Assembly (NCBI RefSeq): GCF_963921235.1 | Contig: NC_086097.1 | Span: forward strand, 167,278,001 to 167,342,000 | Reading direction: 5' to 3' | DNA length: 64,000 bases | From: Mobula hypostoma | Taxonomy: Eukaryota | Shown: in pieces, positions 22,904-35,535 of the stretch | Numbering within the stretch: position 1 is the stretch's first letter | Layout of the letters: the number at the start of each line of letters is the position of its first letter | Made by a program: the position numbers and the translations under genes | Notes under the pieces: model-generated | Told to the model about the DNA's origin: nothing | The model's input: the letters and a program-made list of their open reading frames with translations, nothing else | Databases searched by the model: none

Positions 22904-25900
22904 TAGAACAGCACAGTACAGGCCCTTCGGCCCACAATGTTGTGCCGATCCTCAAACCCTGCCTCCCATCTAAGCCCCCACCTTAAATTCCATCATATAC
23001 CTGTCTAGTAGTCTCTTAAACTTCACTAGTGTATCTGCCTCCACCACTGACTCAGGCAGTGCATTCCACGCACCAACCACTCTCTGAGTAAAAAACCTTG
23101 ATATCCCCCTTGAACTTCCCACCCCTTACCTTAAAGCCACGTCCTCTTGTATTGAGCAGTGGTGCCCTGGGGAAGAGGCGCTGGCTATCCACTCTATCTA
23201 TTCCTCTTATTGTCTTGTACACCTCTATCATGTCTCCTCTCATCCTCCTTCTCTCCAAAGAGTAAAGCCCTAGCTCCCTTAATCTCTGATCATAATGCAT
23301 ACTTTCTAAACCAGGCAGCATTCTGGTAAATCTCCTCTGTACCCTTTCCAATGCTTCCACATCCTTCCTATAGTGAGGTGAGCAGAACTGGACACAGTAC
23401 TCCAAGTGTGGTCTAACCAGAGTTTTATAGAGCTGCATCATTACATCGTGACTATTAAACTCTATCCCTCGACTTATGAAAGCTAACACCCCATAAGCTT
23501 TCTTAACTACCCTATCCACCTGTGAGGCAACTTTCAGGGATCTGTGGACATGTACCCCGAGATCCCTCTGCTCCTCCACACTACCAAGTATCCTACCATT
23601 TACTTTGTACTCTCCCTTGGAGTTTGCCCTTCCAAAGTGTACCACCTCACACTTCTCCGGGTTGAACTCCATCTGCCACTTCTCAGCCCACTTCTGCATC
23701 CTATCAATGTCTCTCTGCAATCTTTGACAATCCTCTACACTATCTACAACACCACCAACCTTTGTGTCATCTGCAAACTTGCCAACCCACCCTTCTACCC
23801 CCACATCCAGGTCGTTAATAAAAATCACGAAAAGTAGAGGTCCCAGAACAGATCCTTGTGGGACACCACTAGTCATAATCCTACAATCTGAATGTACTCC
23901 CTCCACCACCACCCTGTGCCTTCTGCAGGCAAGCCAATTCTGAATCCACCTGGCCAAACTTCCCTGGATCCCATGCCTTCTAACTTTCTGAGTAAGCCTA
24001 CTGTGTGGAACCTTGTCAAATGCCTTACTAAAATCCATATAGATCACATCCACTGCACCACCCTCATCTACATGCCTGGTCACCTCCTCAAAGAACTCTA
24101 TCAGGCTTGTTAGACATGATCTGCCCTTCACAAAGCCATGCTGACTGTCCCTGATCAGACCATGATTCTCTAAATGCCTATAGATCCTATCTCTAAGAAT
24201 CTTTTCCAACAGCTTTCCCACCACAGACGTAAGGCTCACTGGTCTATAATTACCCGTACTATCCCTACTACCTTTTTTGAACAAGGGAACAACATTCGCC
24301 TCCCTCCAATCCTCTGGTACCATTCCCGTGGACAACGAGGACATAAAGATCCTAGCCAGAGGATCAGCAATCTCTTCTCCCGCCTCGTGGAGCAGCCTGG
24401 GGAATATTCCATCAGGCCCCGGGGACTTATCCGGCCTAATGTATTTTAACAACTCCAACACCTCCTCTCCCTTAATATCAACATGCTCCAGAACATCAAC
24501 CTCACTCATATTGTCCTCACCGTCATCAAGTTCCCTCTCATTGGTGAATACCGAAGAGAAGTATTCATTGAGGACCTCGCTCACTTCCAACAGCCTCCAG
24601 GCACATCTTCCACCTTTATCTCTAATCGGTCCTACCTTCACTCCTGTCATCCTTTTTTTCTTCACAAAATTGAAGAATGCCTTGGGGTTTTCCTTTACCT
24701 TACTAGCCAAGGCCTTCTCATGCCCCCTTCTTGCTCTTCTCAGCCCCTTCTTAAGCTCCTTTCTTGCTCCCCTATATTCCTCAATAGACCCATCTGATCC
24801 TTGCTTCCTAAACCTCATGTATGCTGCTTTCTTCCACCTGACTAGATTTTCCACCTCACTTGTCACCCATGGTTCCTTCACCCTACCATTCTTTATCTTC
24901 CTCACCAGGACAAATTTATCCCTTACGTCCTGCAAGAGATCTCTAAACATCGACCACATGTCCATAGTACATTTCCCTGCAAAAACATCATCCCAATTCG
25001 CACCCGCAAGTTCTAGCCTTATAGCCTCATAATTTGCCTTTCCCCAATTAAAAATTTTCCTGTCCTCTTTGATTCTATCCTTTTCCATGATAATTATAAA
25101 GGCCAGGGAGCGGTGGTCACTGTCCCCCAGATGCTCACCCACTGAGAGATCTGTGACCTGACCCGGTTCATTACCTAGTACTAGATCTAGTCGGCCTGTC
25201 CACATACTGTGTCAGGAATCCATCCTGGACACACTTAACAAACTCTGCCCCATCTAAACCCTTGGAACTAATCAGGTGCCAATCAATATTAGGGAAGTTA
25301 AAGTCACCCATGATAACAACCCTGTTATTTTTGCACCTTTCCAAAATCTGCCTCCCAATCTGCTCCTCTGTATCTCTGCTGCTATCAGGGGGCCTATAGA
25401 ATACCCCCAGTAGAGTAACTGCTCCCTTCTTGTTCCTGACTTCCACCCATATTGACTCAAAAGAGGATCCTGCTACATTACCCACCCTTTCTGTAGCTGT
25501 AATAGTATCCCTGACCAGTAATGCCACCCCTCCTCCCCTTTTTCCATCCTCTCTATCCTTTTTAAAGCACTGAAATCCCGGAATATTGAGAATCCATTCC
25601 TGCCCTGGTGCCAGCCAAGTCTCTGTAATGGCCACTACATCATAATTCCATGTATGTATCCAAGCTCTCAGTTCATCACCTTTGTTCCTGATGCTTCTTG
25701 CATTGAGGTACACACATTTCAGCCCTTCTACCTTACTGTCTTTACACCACTTATTCTGCTTCTCTTTCCTCAAAGCCTCTCTGTATGTTAGATCTGGCTT
25801 TACTCCAAGCACTTCTTTCACTGCTCTATCGCTTTGGGTCCCATCCCCCTCGCAAATTAGCTTAAACCCTCCCGAACCATGCTAGCAAACCTACCTGCAA

Positions 25901-26180
25901 GGATATTGCTCCACCTCGAGTTCAGGTGCAACCCATCCAATCTGTACAGGTCCCACCTTCCCCAGAAGAGATCCCAATGATCTAAAAATCTAAAACCCTG
26001 CTCCCTGCACCAACTCCTCAGCCATGCATTCAACTGCCATTTCCTCCAATTCTTACCATCTCTGTGACGTAGCACTGGCAGCAATCCTGAGAACGTCACC
26101 CTTGAGGTCCTGTTCTTCAGCCTTCTGCCTAATTCCCAAAACTCACACTTCAGGACCTCATCCCTCTTCCTGCCTATGTC
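22904..26180 (-). mobile_element. Young CR1 LINE (element D): ORF1 esterase tail, EN and RT
   Basis: SGNH-type motif FLDHWDLF...DGLHLN (25857-26170), EN YLNARS/ITETW/MGDFN (25171-25821), RT (23052-25205), CR1 3' tail. Confidence 0.95.
23052..25821 (-). pseudogene. CR1 ORF2 (APE endonuclease and reverse transcriptase), frameshifted
   Basis: ORFs 25171..25821 and 23052..25205 are split by a 17-bp deletion relative to copy E. Motifs QHGFVKGRSC, DFSKAFDKVPH, GVPQGSVLGP, KFADDTK. Confidence 0.9.
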
Positions 26181-26674
26181 ACACTTATGTTGGAGGAACA
26201 ACACCTTATACTCCGTCTGAGAAGCCTTCAACCTGATGGCATGAACATCAATTAGTCAAACTTCCAGTAATTGCCTCCCCCCTTCACCATTCCCCACTCC
26301 TGTTTTGCTCTCTCACCTTATCCATCACTTCCTCCTGGTGCTCCTTCTCCCCTTTCTTACATCGTCTTCTATACTCGATCAGATTCCCTCCCTCCGGCCC
26401 TGTATCTCTTTCACAGATCAACTTCCCAGCTCTTTACTTCAGCCCCTCCCTTTTTACAATTTTGCCCATCACCTACCACCTTGTACTTCTTCCTCCCCTT
26501 CCCTCTCAACTTTTTATCTGAGTTCTCATCTTTTTTCCAGTCCTGATGAGGGGCTGCAGCCCAAAATGTTGACAGTTTACTCTTTTCCATAGATGCTGCC
26601 TAGCCTGCTGAGATCCTCCAGTATTTTGTGTGTGTTGCCTTTGGTTTCCAGCATCTACAGATTTTCTCTTGTTT

Positions 26675-26740
26675 GAGAGAGAGGGAGAGAAACAGCGAGG
26701 CAGAGGGGGAGGGGGAGAGAGAGGGGGAGGGGGAGAGAAA
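26675..26740 (+). repeat. GA-rich low-complexity repeat
   Basis: gagagagagggagagaaac...ggggagggggagagaaac. Confidence 0.7.
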
Positions 26741-27039
26741 CATTGTAGGAAATTGAGGCTAATCTCATTTGATTCTTTTTAGCACTTCACCTAACCACTC
26801 GATTAATGCTATTTCCACACTAACAGTTTTGCAGAGAAAGGAAGCTGCCAATATGTTTTACTAGTTAGCAATACATTGGCAGTAATTGACAGAATACTTT
26901 TTCGACCTACGTAAAAAAAACTTTGAATGCAAATCCACTCAATAACTTCCTTTGTCAATTTTACTGTACTGAGAAGAAATATCCACAATTTCCTCAAAAG
27001 TCATTGTATCATTAACATCATGTTAAAAAGACATTGTGC

Positions 27040-29790
27040 AATTTGGTTAATTTTATAAGGTTAGACCATAACTGGAACATTGTTTCTAATTCTGGTCACC
27101 TAACGTTAAAAAAGATGTGACAGTCCTAAAGATGGTACTGAAATTATTTAATAGAATGGTTTCAAAGATAAGGAATTTCAGCTACAAATGTAGAATGGTG
27201 AATCTGGGGTTATTGTTGTTGCTGGAGGACAGAGCATTGAGAGAAGCTTTGATGGAGGTATGCAAGATAATGATGGATTTGGAGCAACTAAATTGAGGAA
27301 AGCTATTTCTGTTTGGATATGATACAAGGACCCAGACACTTAGAGAAGCAAATCTGTAGAGAGAGCAGACAGTTGCAAGAAAAATAAGGTTGTGATAGCA
27401 GGTGATTTTACCTTTGCACATCTTGACTGTACTCCATACTGTAAAAGAACTGGATGAGATAGAGTTTGTCACAATTGTTCAGGAAAGTTTCTTCCATCAA
27501 TATATAGAGAGAGCATGATGCTGGATCTCCTACTGGGGAATAAGGCAGGGCAGGTAACAGAAGTGTGCTAAGGTGAACACTCGGACTAGTGATCATAAAT
27601 CCATTAATTTCAAGCTAATTAGGGAGAAAGACTGGTTTTTGGGTTGAGATTCTAAATTGGAGAAAGGCCAACTTTGCAGGCATAGGAAAGGATCCAGCAG
27701 GTGTGGATTGGGAGAGGTTTTTTTTGGCAAAAGGATGATTGATTAGTGGGAGGCCTTCAAAAAATAAATATTGAGAGTGCAAAGTTTGTATATTTCAGTT
27801 AGAATAAAAGGCAAAGCTTAAAGCCTTAGGGAACTTTAGTTTCCAAGGGATATTAAGGCCCTGGTCAAGAAGAAGAAGGAGGTGCAGAGCAGGTATGGGC
27901 AGCAATGAACAAGTGAGTTGTTTGATGATTATAAGAAATGCGAGAGAACACTCAAGAAAATCAGGAGGGCTAAAAGAAGGCATGATGTTGCTCTGTCAAA
28001 CAAGGTGAAGGAGAATCCCAAGGGTCTTCTACAGATGCATTAAGAGTAAATGGAAAGTTAGGAACAAAATTCATCCACTTGAAGATCAGTGTGGTCATCA
28101 ATGCCTGGAGCCAAAAGAGATGGGAGAGATCTTGAATAGACTTTTTTTTGCATCTGTATATGCTCGGGAGGTGGACACTGAGACAATAGAACTAAAGCAA
28201 AACAATGGTGAAGTCATGGACCATATACAGATTACAGAGAAGGAGGTGCTTACTGTCTTGAGGCAAATTAGGATGGATAAGTCCCTAGGGGCTAATGAGG
28301 TGGTCCTTGGACCTTGCAGGAACCCTGGCAGATATATTTAAAATACCCTCAGCCACAGGTGAGTTACCAGAGGACTGGGTGATAGCAAATGTTGTTCAAG
28401 AAAAGCTCTAAGAATAAAAGAGAAATTATAGGCCAGTGATCCTGACATCAATAGTGTGTAAATTATTGAAAGGTATTCTAAGGGACATTATATATAAGGA
28501 TTTGGATAGATAGGACCTGTTTTAAGATAGTTAACATGGTTTTGTACATGGTAGGTTATGTTGAACCAATCTTACAGAGTTTTTCCTAGGAGGCTAACAG
28601 GAAAGTTGATGAAGGAAAAGCAGAGAACATTATCTACATACACTTTAGAAAGACGACGTCCCACTTGGGAGGCTGGTATAGAAGGTTCAGTCACTTGGCA
28701 TTAAAGATGAAGTAATAAATTGAATTCAACATCCGCTTAGTGGGAGAAACTAGAGGATGGTGGCAGATGGTTGTGTCTCTGATTGGATGCCTGTAACTAT
28801 TGGTGTGCTGGGACAGTCATTGTTGGTCTTTGTAAGGCACAGAGGAGTAAAGTAGAATAAAGGGATCTGAGAATACAGATCGATAATTCCTTGAAAGTTT
28901 CATCACAGGTAGATAAGATCACAAAAAGAGCTCTTTGGCACATTTGCCTTCATAAGTCTGAGTATTGAGTATTGAGTACAGAAGTTATGTTGAAGTGTTA
29001 TAAAATGTTGTTGAGGCTAAATCTGGAAATATTGTGTGCAGTTCTGGTCACCTAAGAAAGATCCCAATAATATTGAAAGAGTACTGAGAAAATTTACAAG
29101 GACGTTGCTGGGACCTAAGGGCCTGAATTATAGGGAAAGGTTGACTAGGTTAGCTTGTTATCAACTGGAGAACAGAAGAATAAGGGGAGACTTGATAGAA
29201 GTAAACAAATTATGGGAGGTATAGAAATCCAGCTTTCTCCACTGAGGGTGGGTGAGACAAGGTTAAGGGTGAAAGGTGAAATATTTAAGGGAAACCCGAG
29301 GGGGAAGTTCTTCACTCAGAGGGTGATGAGAATGTGCGAAGAGCTGCCAGTGGACGTGGTGGATGCAGGTTCAATTGCAACATTTAAGGGGAGTTTGGCT
29401 AAGTACATGGATGGGAGTGGTATGGAGGGATACAGTCCAGGTGTGAGTCAATGGGACAAGACAGAGTAACAGTTTGGCATGGATTAGACAGGCCAGAGGA
29501 GCTACTTTTCAGCTGTAGTGCTCTATGACCATGAAGTAGATTTAAGATTTACAGGGATGTGAAATAATTTTCTTCGCAATGACAGGAGTTATGGTTTGGA
29601 ATTGACTGTCCACAGAAAACAGTGGAAACAGAATCAGTCAGTGCTTTCAAAAGAATTTGGATAAGACACTGAGAAGGGTTGAATTGTAGAGCTACAGGGA
29701 AAGATTAGGATGGAACATGTTTTCCCCAATAGTAGCTGGAATAGACTCAATGGGCCAAATGGCCTCTTTCTGAGGTTTAGCAGCTCGATG
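27040..29790 (+). mobile_element. Two nested decayed CR1 LINEs (inner copy ~27350-29530)
   Basis: EN remnant (gtgatagcaggtgatttta), RT remnants (MGEILNRLFFASVY, QFWSP, FFTQRVMRM) and two CR1 tails at ~29520 and ~29780. Confidence 0.75.
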
Positions 29791-30714
29791 ATTCTTTGGA
29801 TTGTAAACATGGTTGAATATTAAGCTATAGCATGTCTCTGATAATCAAAAATATATTTTTCCATTTATTACATATACAAATTACAACTTTCATTCAATAA
29901 ACAAAAGGGTTCATTTAAGGTGTTTCACTTAGCGATGTGAATCAGTGACAAAGCACTTACTTTCCCTACACATTTACACTGATTGCCAGTGGTGTTGTGA
30001 CCAGTTGACTGTGAACATTCCTCTCTTTTCTGAATTGACAGCACAGCCTGGTGCTGAGGGGATAGAGTTGAAGGTCTTAGTCTGGATTATTTAATCAATC
30101 ACCATGTACAAGATATCAGATGGAAACTTGGCTTGCACCACTGATAACTTCGAAGAAACTGGAGGCTAGGGGTGTGATCCTGTGTCCGTAAAGGTTGACT
30201 GCATGATGTAACTTGGAAGAAACTACAGGCTGGGTATGTGATCTTACATCTATAGAGGTTGATTGCATGATTTCATGAAGTATATACATGACCCGCTAAA
30301 CAACTCCTTGTCCCTGCAATGGTTTCTGTCATCACCAGGTAATTTTTGTTTTTGAATGGAGTGGATAATATGCCTCTGGGTCTGTTTTCCTTGAGATTGC
30401 TCCCTTGTTCATTTTCAAGCCTTGTCATTGAAACAAAGTGAGAGGAATGATTTGTGACTGCTCACAAATTCATTTTTGTCAAAAGGAACACAATGATATC
30501 AGTCATCCTAATGTCTTAATCGGCATTTCTCACCATTAAACACACACATAAAATGATTGAAGACAGAGGACAACACATGGATTTTTTGAAAACATGAAGA
30601 GTGAAGGCTGCCTTAGAAAGCAGCATGCAGCATAAGTTTACTTTGCTAATGACAATTTTGTTAGCAGTACCACATACTGTACATTTCAAGCATAGCAGTA
30701 AGTACAATAATGGG

Positions 30715-30930
30715 AATTAGAAACATAGATAACCTGCAGCACAATACAGGCCTTTGAAGGGTCTCGGCCTGAAACGTCGACTGCGCCTCTTCCTATAGAT
30801 GCTGCTTGGCCTGCTGCGTTCACCAGCAACTTTGATGTATGTTCCCTCTTTATGTTAGCCAGTTCAGCCCTGGGGAAAAAAGCCTCTGACTATCCACACG
30901 ATCAGTGCCTCTCATCATCTTATACACCTA
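30715..30930 (-). mobile_element. CR1 3' end (family of element B) with an internal segment replaced by an 88-bp PLE piece
   Basis: Flanks match the reverse complement of 5139-5173 and 4810-4905. 30756-30843 matches 5426-5513 with two mismatches. Confidence 0.75.
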
Positions 30931-31644
30931 ACTGAGGAAGTTCAGTAGCTTACATTCATTGTTTTGGTATGAAGCGATTCAGGACAGCATTAATGACATT
31001 TAGAAAACAGAATTTCCTGATTTTTTTTTTAAGGTCAGTTCTATATGTGACTACAGCAATGTTGATGCCTAAATGCCCTCTGAATGGTCTCTAGAAATTC
31101 AGTCAGGTGAAGCCTAATCAGGAGTGTGAGTTGTAGGCTAAATCTGGTGAAAGAGAGAACAGGTGATATTTTGCAATCTGAGCACATCACTGATTAATGA
31201 TGCTTGTATTGATTTGGTCTCCCTCATTGTTTGGAGAATCATCCACTTGCTCAGGAGTCTGAGATTCCAGGCCTCATTGGCTAAAGCTTGGATAACTTTC
31301 AACGGCTGTGACATTCAAAAACATTCAAAAGTTATTTTGTTGATAGGGGTAGTGGGAAAAAGATGGGACAAGACCAAGATTCAGATCAGCTATGATCTTA
31401 CTCAATGGCAGAGCAGTCTTGAGGGGCTGTTCGTATTTCTTATGTTCCTATTATTTCTCCATTCTTAATGATAAAATGGTTAAATCAAATATTAAAAATT
31501 AAAACATTTAAAATATTTAAAACAATTAAGTAAACTCAATTAATTCAACAAAATATGAATAACTAAGAATGCTCTTGTTCCTCACAGCCATAGCTCTCAA
31601 ATGAAAGCTGTTGTTTTTTTCTGTAGGACTAACCTGGTTCAATG

Positions 31645-31745
31645 AAACATGCACAAAATACTAGAGGCGTTCAGCAGGTCAGGCAGCATCTATGGAGGGG
31701 AATAAACAGTTGATGTTTTAGGCTAAGGTCCTTCATCAGAACCCT
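31645..31745 (-). mobile_element. PLE terminal repeat remnant
   Basis: cagcaggtcaggcagcatctatggag...cagttgatgtttaggctaaggtccttcatcag. Confidence 0.65.
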
Positions 31746-31977
31746 TCAGTAAGCAGGGTTGAATCGAGGGATGTTGGTGTTGTGATGTCGAACCCCATGA
31801 GGATTTCAATGGCTGACTACAATGTCCCAGTGAAGAAGACTTCTGATTTCACATGGGAATCCTAAGCTTGGTGGTACTTAATGCCTGGCTCTATTGACAG
31901 CTTGGAATGGGACTGTTCATATTTCTTGGTATGTTAATTGTACACGGAATAGTATGTCCCGCAGGAATAGTCTAATC

Positions 31978-32356
31978 GATGGGCGGTGGGGTGGAGATAT
32001 GTCTCTTCCAAAGGTGGCATGAGGTGCTCCTTCTCTCTGCTAGCCTGCAGGTCACCCTTGGGCAAGGTGTAGCACCTGCTTAACCCCCCAGTCAGGGTCA
32101 CATGAAGCCATCGGAGCAGGTGATGGATGGTCGTATGAGCAGCTGGTGCATATCACAAGTCCTGATTATGCGACCACTGACGCCAGGCAGACAATCTCTG
32201 AAGGGTATTGATAAAGGCTGGGGTCATCCCTCTTGTAAAAACACTGCCCAGAAGAAGGAAATGGCAAACCACTTCAGTAGAAAAAAATTGTCTAGAACAA
32301 TCACGGTCAAGATGATTAATGCCCACGTCATACGACACGGCACATAATGAATGAAT
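31978..32356 (+). mobile_element. RTE-related short non-autonomous element
   Basis: gaagaaggaaatggcaaaccacttcagta resembles the BovB/RTE motif GAAGGAAATGGCAACCCACTCCAGTA. Ends in (ATGA)n. Confidence 0.55.
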
Positions 32357-32381
32357 TAAGTATCTCTTACTAATAATATTC

Positions 32382-33108
32382 TGTAGGGGTTTCTTCTTTT
32401 ATGTTATTGCTAAGGCTAATAAAATGGCTTCTTTGTTATGTTAAAAATAAAATGGCTTCTCTGTGATGTTAACTGCTGAGACAGTAGTTCTCTCTCTAGC
32501 AGCTTGTTTGGGTTATATTACTGATAATGAGAATTGTATTCATTTGCTAACCAATTGGGATAGATGTTATTCTTTCTTGTGTGTCTGTAAGCTATTGTTT
32601 TTCGCTGCCTTTGGGGCAGAAGGCGCGATGGGGACAGAGAGAGGAGACACGATGCTGTAAGCTGGGCGACAGAACGGACCCCGAGTGGGAGTCCGAGGCC
32701 CAGGGTTTTGGGGAGGAGAACCGAAGAGGAAGGACATGCTGGACGCGCTCTGGTCGACCACCGTGGTTGGGCCCAGGCGGCGGGTCGAGGAGGTCAGAGG
32801 GGATCGAATGGTGGAAAGAAGGCTCCGTTCATTGAGCTCCAACGGTTGTGCACGAAGTGGTTGAACTCTGATAAGTTTGGTGCCTTTTACTTTCCTTTTA
32901 TATTGTATCTCTATTAATTACATAGTTCCAGTAAGATCTATAAATTCTATTCTGTAAATCGCATATGGTGTATTGTCTGTTATTTGGCGGGGTAGGGTAA
33001 ATCACACAGTATCCACACAAACTGGATTACCGAGTTTGGCAGGGCCGAAGGCTGCTTCCCCTAGACGGAAGCGAGCTGAGCGAGCCTGAGGTTTATCAGG
33101 GGGCTACA
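32382..33108 (+). mobile_element. Solo LTR (727 bp) with perfect 4-bp TSD
   Basis: TGTAG...CTACA termini, ATTC at 32378-32381 and 33109-33112, related copy at 39931-40506. Confidence 0.85.
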
Positions 33109-34299
33109 ATTCTAATAGAATAGTATCAATGTAGGGGATTTAAACAAGAACACAATTATTTAAATACCTGCTGAAACTCTTGCAATATAACCCCATGTTT
33201 GGAAGACTGTGATCACAGCTGATGCTAAATAGATAAACTGTGCTAATTCAGATATAAAACAACCTCCATGTTCAATTGAAATTGCAGCATAAATTGTATA
33301 TAGATATACAAAGTGATACTATAAATATTTTATTTTCCGTAAAAATTAACCATTAAGCATAGTTTCTTCAAACTGAATTGAGGTACAAAAGAGAGGAAGA
33401 GACAGGCAATCCATGCCTTGCTGAAGGCCTGCCTTCTGAAAGTAAGCTTCAGTAGTATGATCAGGATAGATGCATTTCCCAATAGACAGGTATATGTTTT
33501 ATCTATTAAAAATAAATGGGATATTGGACTGAAATGGAAATTCAAAATGTTAATGTATCTGATTGTTTGCTGGGCATTGCTCAGTAATCTATATCTAACT
33601 GTTGTTCTGACTAATATAACTTCAACCATTAAGTTACAAGGACAAGAACAGATATAAATTACTTTTGTATTTGCATTATTAATAAATTCAGCTCCATTAT
33701 AATACCCAACAACTCTTTACTGACTGGGTACTTTTTGGGAAGCCAACGCAAGAAAGGTAATTAAAATATTGAGTTCTGTGCTACTTCACCATAATGTAAG
33801 TTTTATTGACCAGAAAAACAAATTATGAGCCAATAATGTAATGACTGGTGCCAGTAATGTCAATGAACATCAAGTGCAGGTGAACCATTCTATTTGGTAT
33901 GAGGGTTTCTTTCACACTGATCACACATATCAATGCATAGTGTGAGATGCAAGACCGTGTAGGGTTAAGTTTGTTCATCAGGTTTGCTTTGAGTTTGATA
34001 AGCAATCGAAAAGTGTTAATGATGTTGCTGTTCCACAATGTGGTCCTGTTACATCCTTATGATGTATCTTGTGACAGCAACTCAGTCCTGGATCAAAGTG
34101 ACCCAAGGGGGTATCAAAGCTAACAGCAAATGTTTTTATTGATGTATAAATGGAAGAAAGTGTAACAGGAAGCTCTGGTCCCATTAACACTTGTAGGGAG
34201 ACCATAACAAACAGTTAGGACATGGCAGATTTTCACAATTATAAAGCACAATATTACAATTATAAGGATTTAAAATCAAAGTTAATAGGAAAAATCTAG

Positions 34300-34930
34300 T
34301 GAATTTAGTAAATGCGCTAAGGATGATGTAGTAAAAAAAATGGGATTTAAGATGCATAATTTTTCAGGACCTGATGATTTAAATCACAGAGTATTAAAAG
34401 AAAGAGGTGAGGGAAATTGCATATGCGTTCATTATAATTTTAAAACGATATGAAAAATGTTATTTAAGAATGTTTTGGGGTACTTTAGGGGAATTGTGTA
34501 GGGAAAACAGATAGATGCCCTTCCTTCAGTTTAAAAAGACCTATAGGAAGGTTACCGGAATCTCTCAGCAGAGAATGCAACTGAGCACTTAAACACGTAG
34601 GAGGTAATCAGAAGAGGAAGGAAAGGAAGTTGTATCTAGCTAATCTTGTTGATTGTTTTAGGGAGACCTCTAAAATGGTGAACTAGAAATGCCTGAAGAT
34701 ATTTTCCATTTGATTTCCAGGAGACTTTTGATAAGTTTCCACTCAAGTGAATACTAGCTAAAATGGAATTGTATAGTGGTCAATTTAGCCTTTGCTATAG
34801 CTTGGTAATTATTGAGGTGAGGGTGAAGGTATAGGGATATTGTCTCATTAAGGGAGTGTGAAGGTGGTGTCTCCCAGAGAATTGTTTTGGGCCTTTAACT
34901 TTTCAATTTATGATGGAGGATTAGTGGCTT
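34300..34930 (+). mobile_element. Very old CR1 RT fragment
   Basis: tcaggacctgatgatttaaatcacagagtattaaaagaa and gatttccaggagacttttgataagtttcc (decayed DFQKAFDKVP). Confidence 0.55.
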
Positions 34931-35174
34931 ATACATCTAAGAGAAAAGACAGAATTTCTATTGCCCAATATTTTGTTTGCAAAATCTTCCAGATATTTGT
35001 CTTACTCCTTTGTGCATTTGATGCACATTCACATGAAATCCATTGGGTACCCACAGTGATATTAAATTACATGCATGCCTCAACTGATGTCTCTTTGGCG
35101 AAATTCTGTTTTGCATTCTCGCTGCATGATTTGCATGTAACCAGATCTTTAAAGAAGAACTTAACTTATTTTTA

Positions 35175-35535
35175 TTTCAATATAGGAGGAGGCCATTTGA
35201 CCCATTGGGTTCTTCTAACTCCCAGGACAGCAGTATTGTCAACCACGTTATACTTTGCTTGTTTTTCTGTGACCGTACAACTTCTCTCCCACACCTAAGC
35301 CCATGAACCCTTCTTTGATTACCCTTTTTATTGCCACACTTCCAACAAGAAGTAATTTCCAGTAATAGGTTAAGCTGCCAGCATGTCCATGGGACGTGGG
35401 AGGGCACCTAGGCAACAGGTGTCAACCTGCACGGTCATGGAGAGAACATTGTAAACTTCATGCCGGCATCAGATAGGGATTGAACCCACATCCCTGGAGC
35501 TGTAAGGCAGCAGCACCAATTGCTGCCTTATTGAG
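35175..35535 (-). mobile_element. HE1-like SINE
   Basis: gggattgaacccacatccctggagctgtaaggcagcagcacc (B box on minus), V-like core, CR1-type tail aggaggccatttgaccc. Confidence 0.6.

Larger units (their letters stand above)
22100..26675. mobile_element. Inverted PLE (minus 22100-22440, plus 22440-26675) interrupted by CR1 D
   Basis: The GIY-YIG remnant (tatattggtgagacc) is continuous across the CR1: gcaatgaggtca | cacttatgttggaggaacaacacc. pLTR at 26538-26675. Confidence 0.75.

Noticed and set aside
24277..25032. 251-aa antisense ORF in CR1 D, mirrored at 41589..42341 in E
   Set aside because: Shadow frame of ORF2. Its presence in both copies follows from recent common descent, and it has no recognisable domain.
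29975..30000. HNTTGNQC resemblance to a laminin EGF motif
   Set aside because: The surrounding cysteine spacing does not fit the domain.
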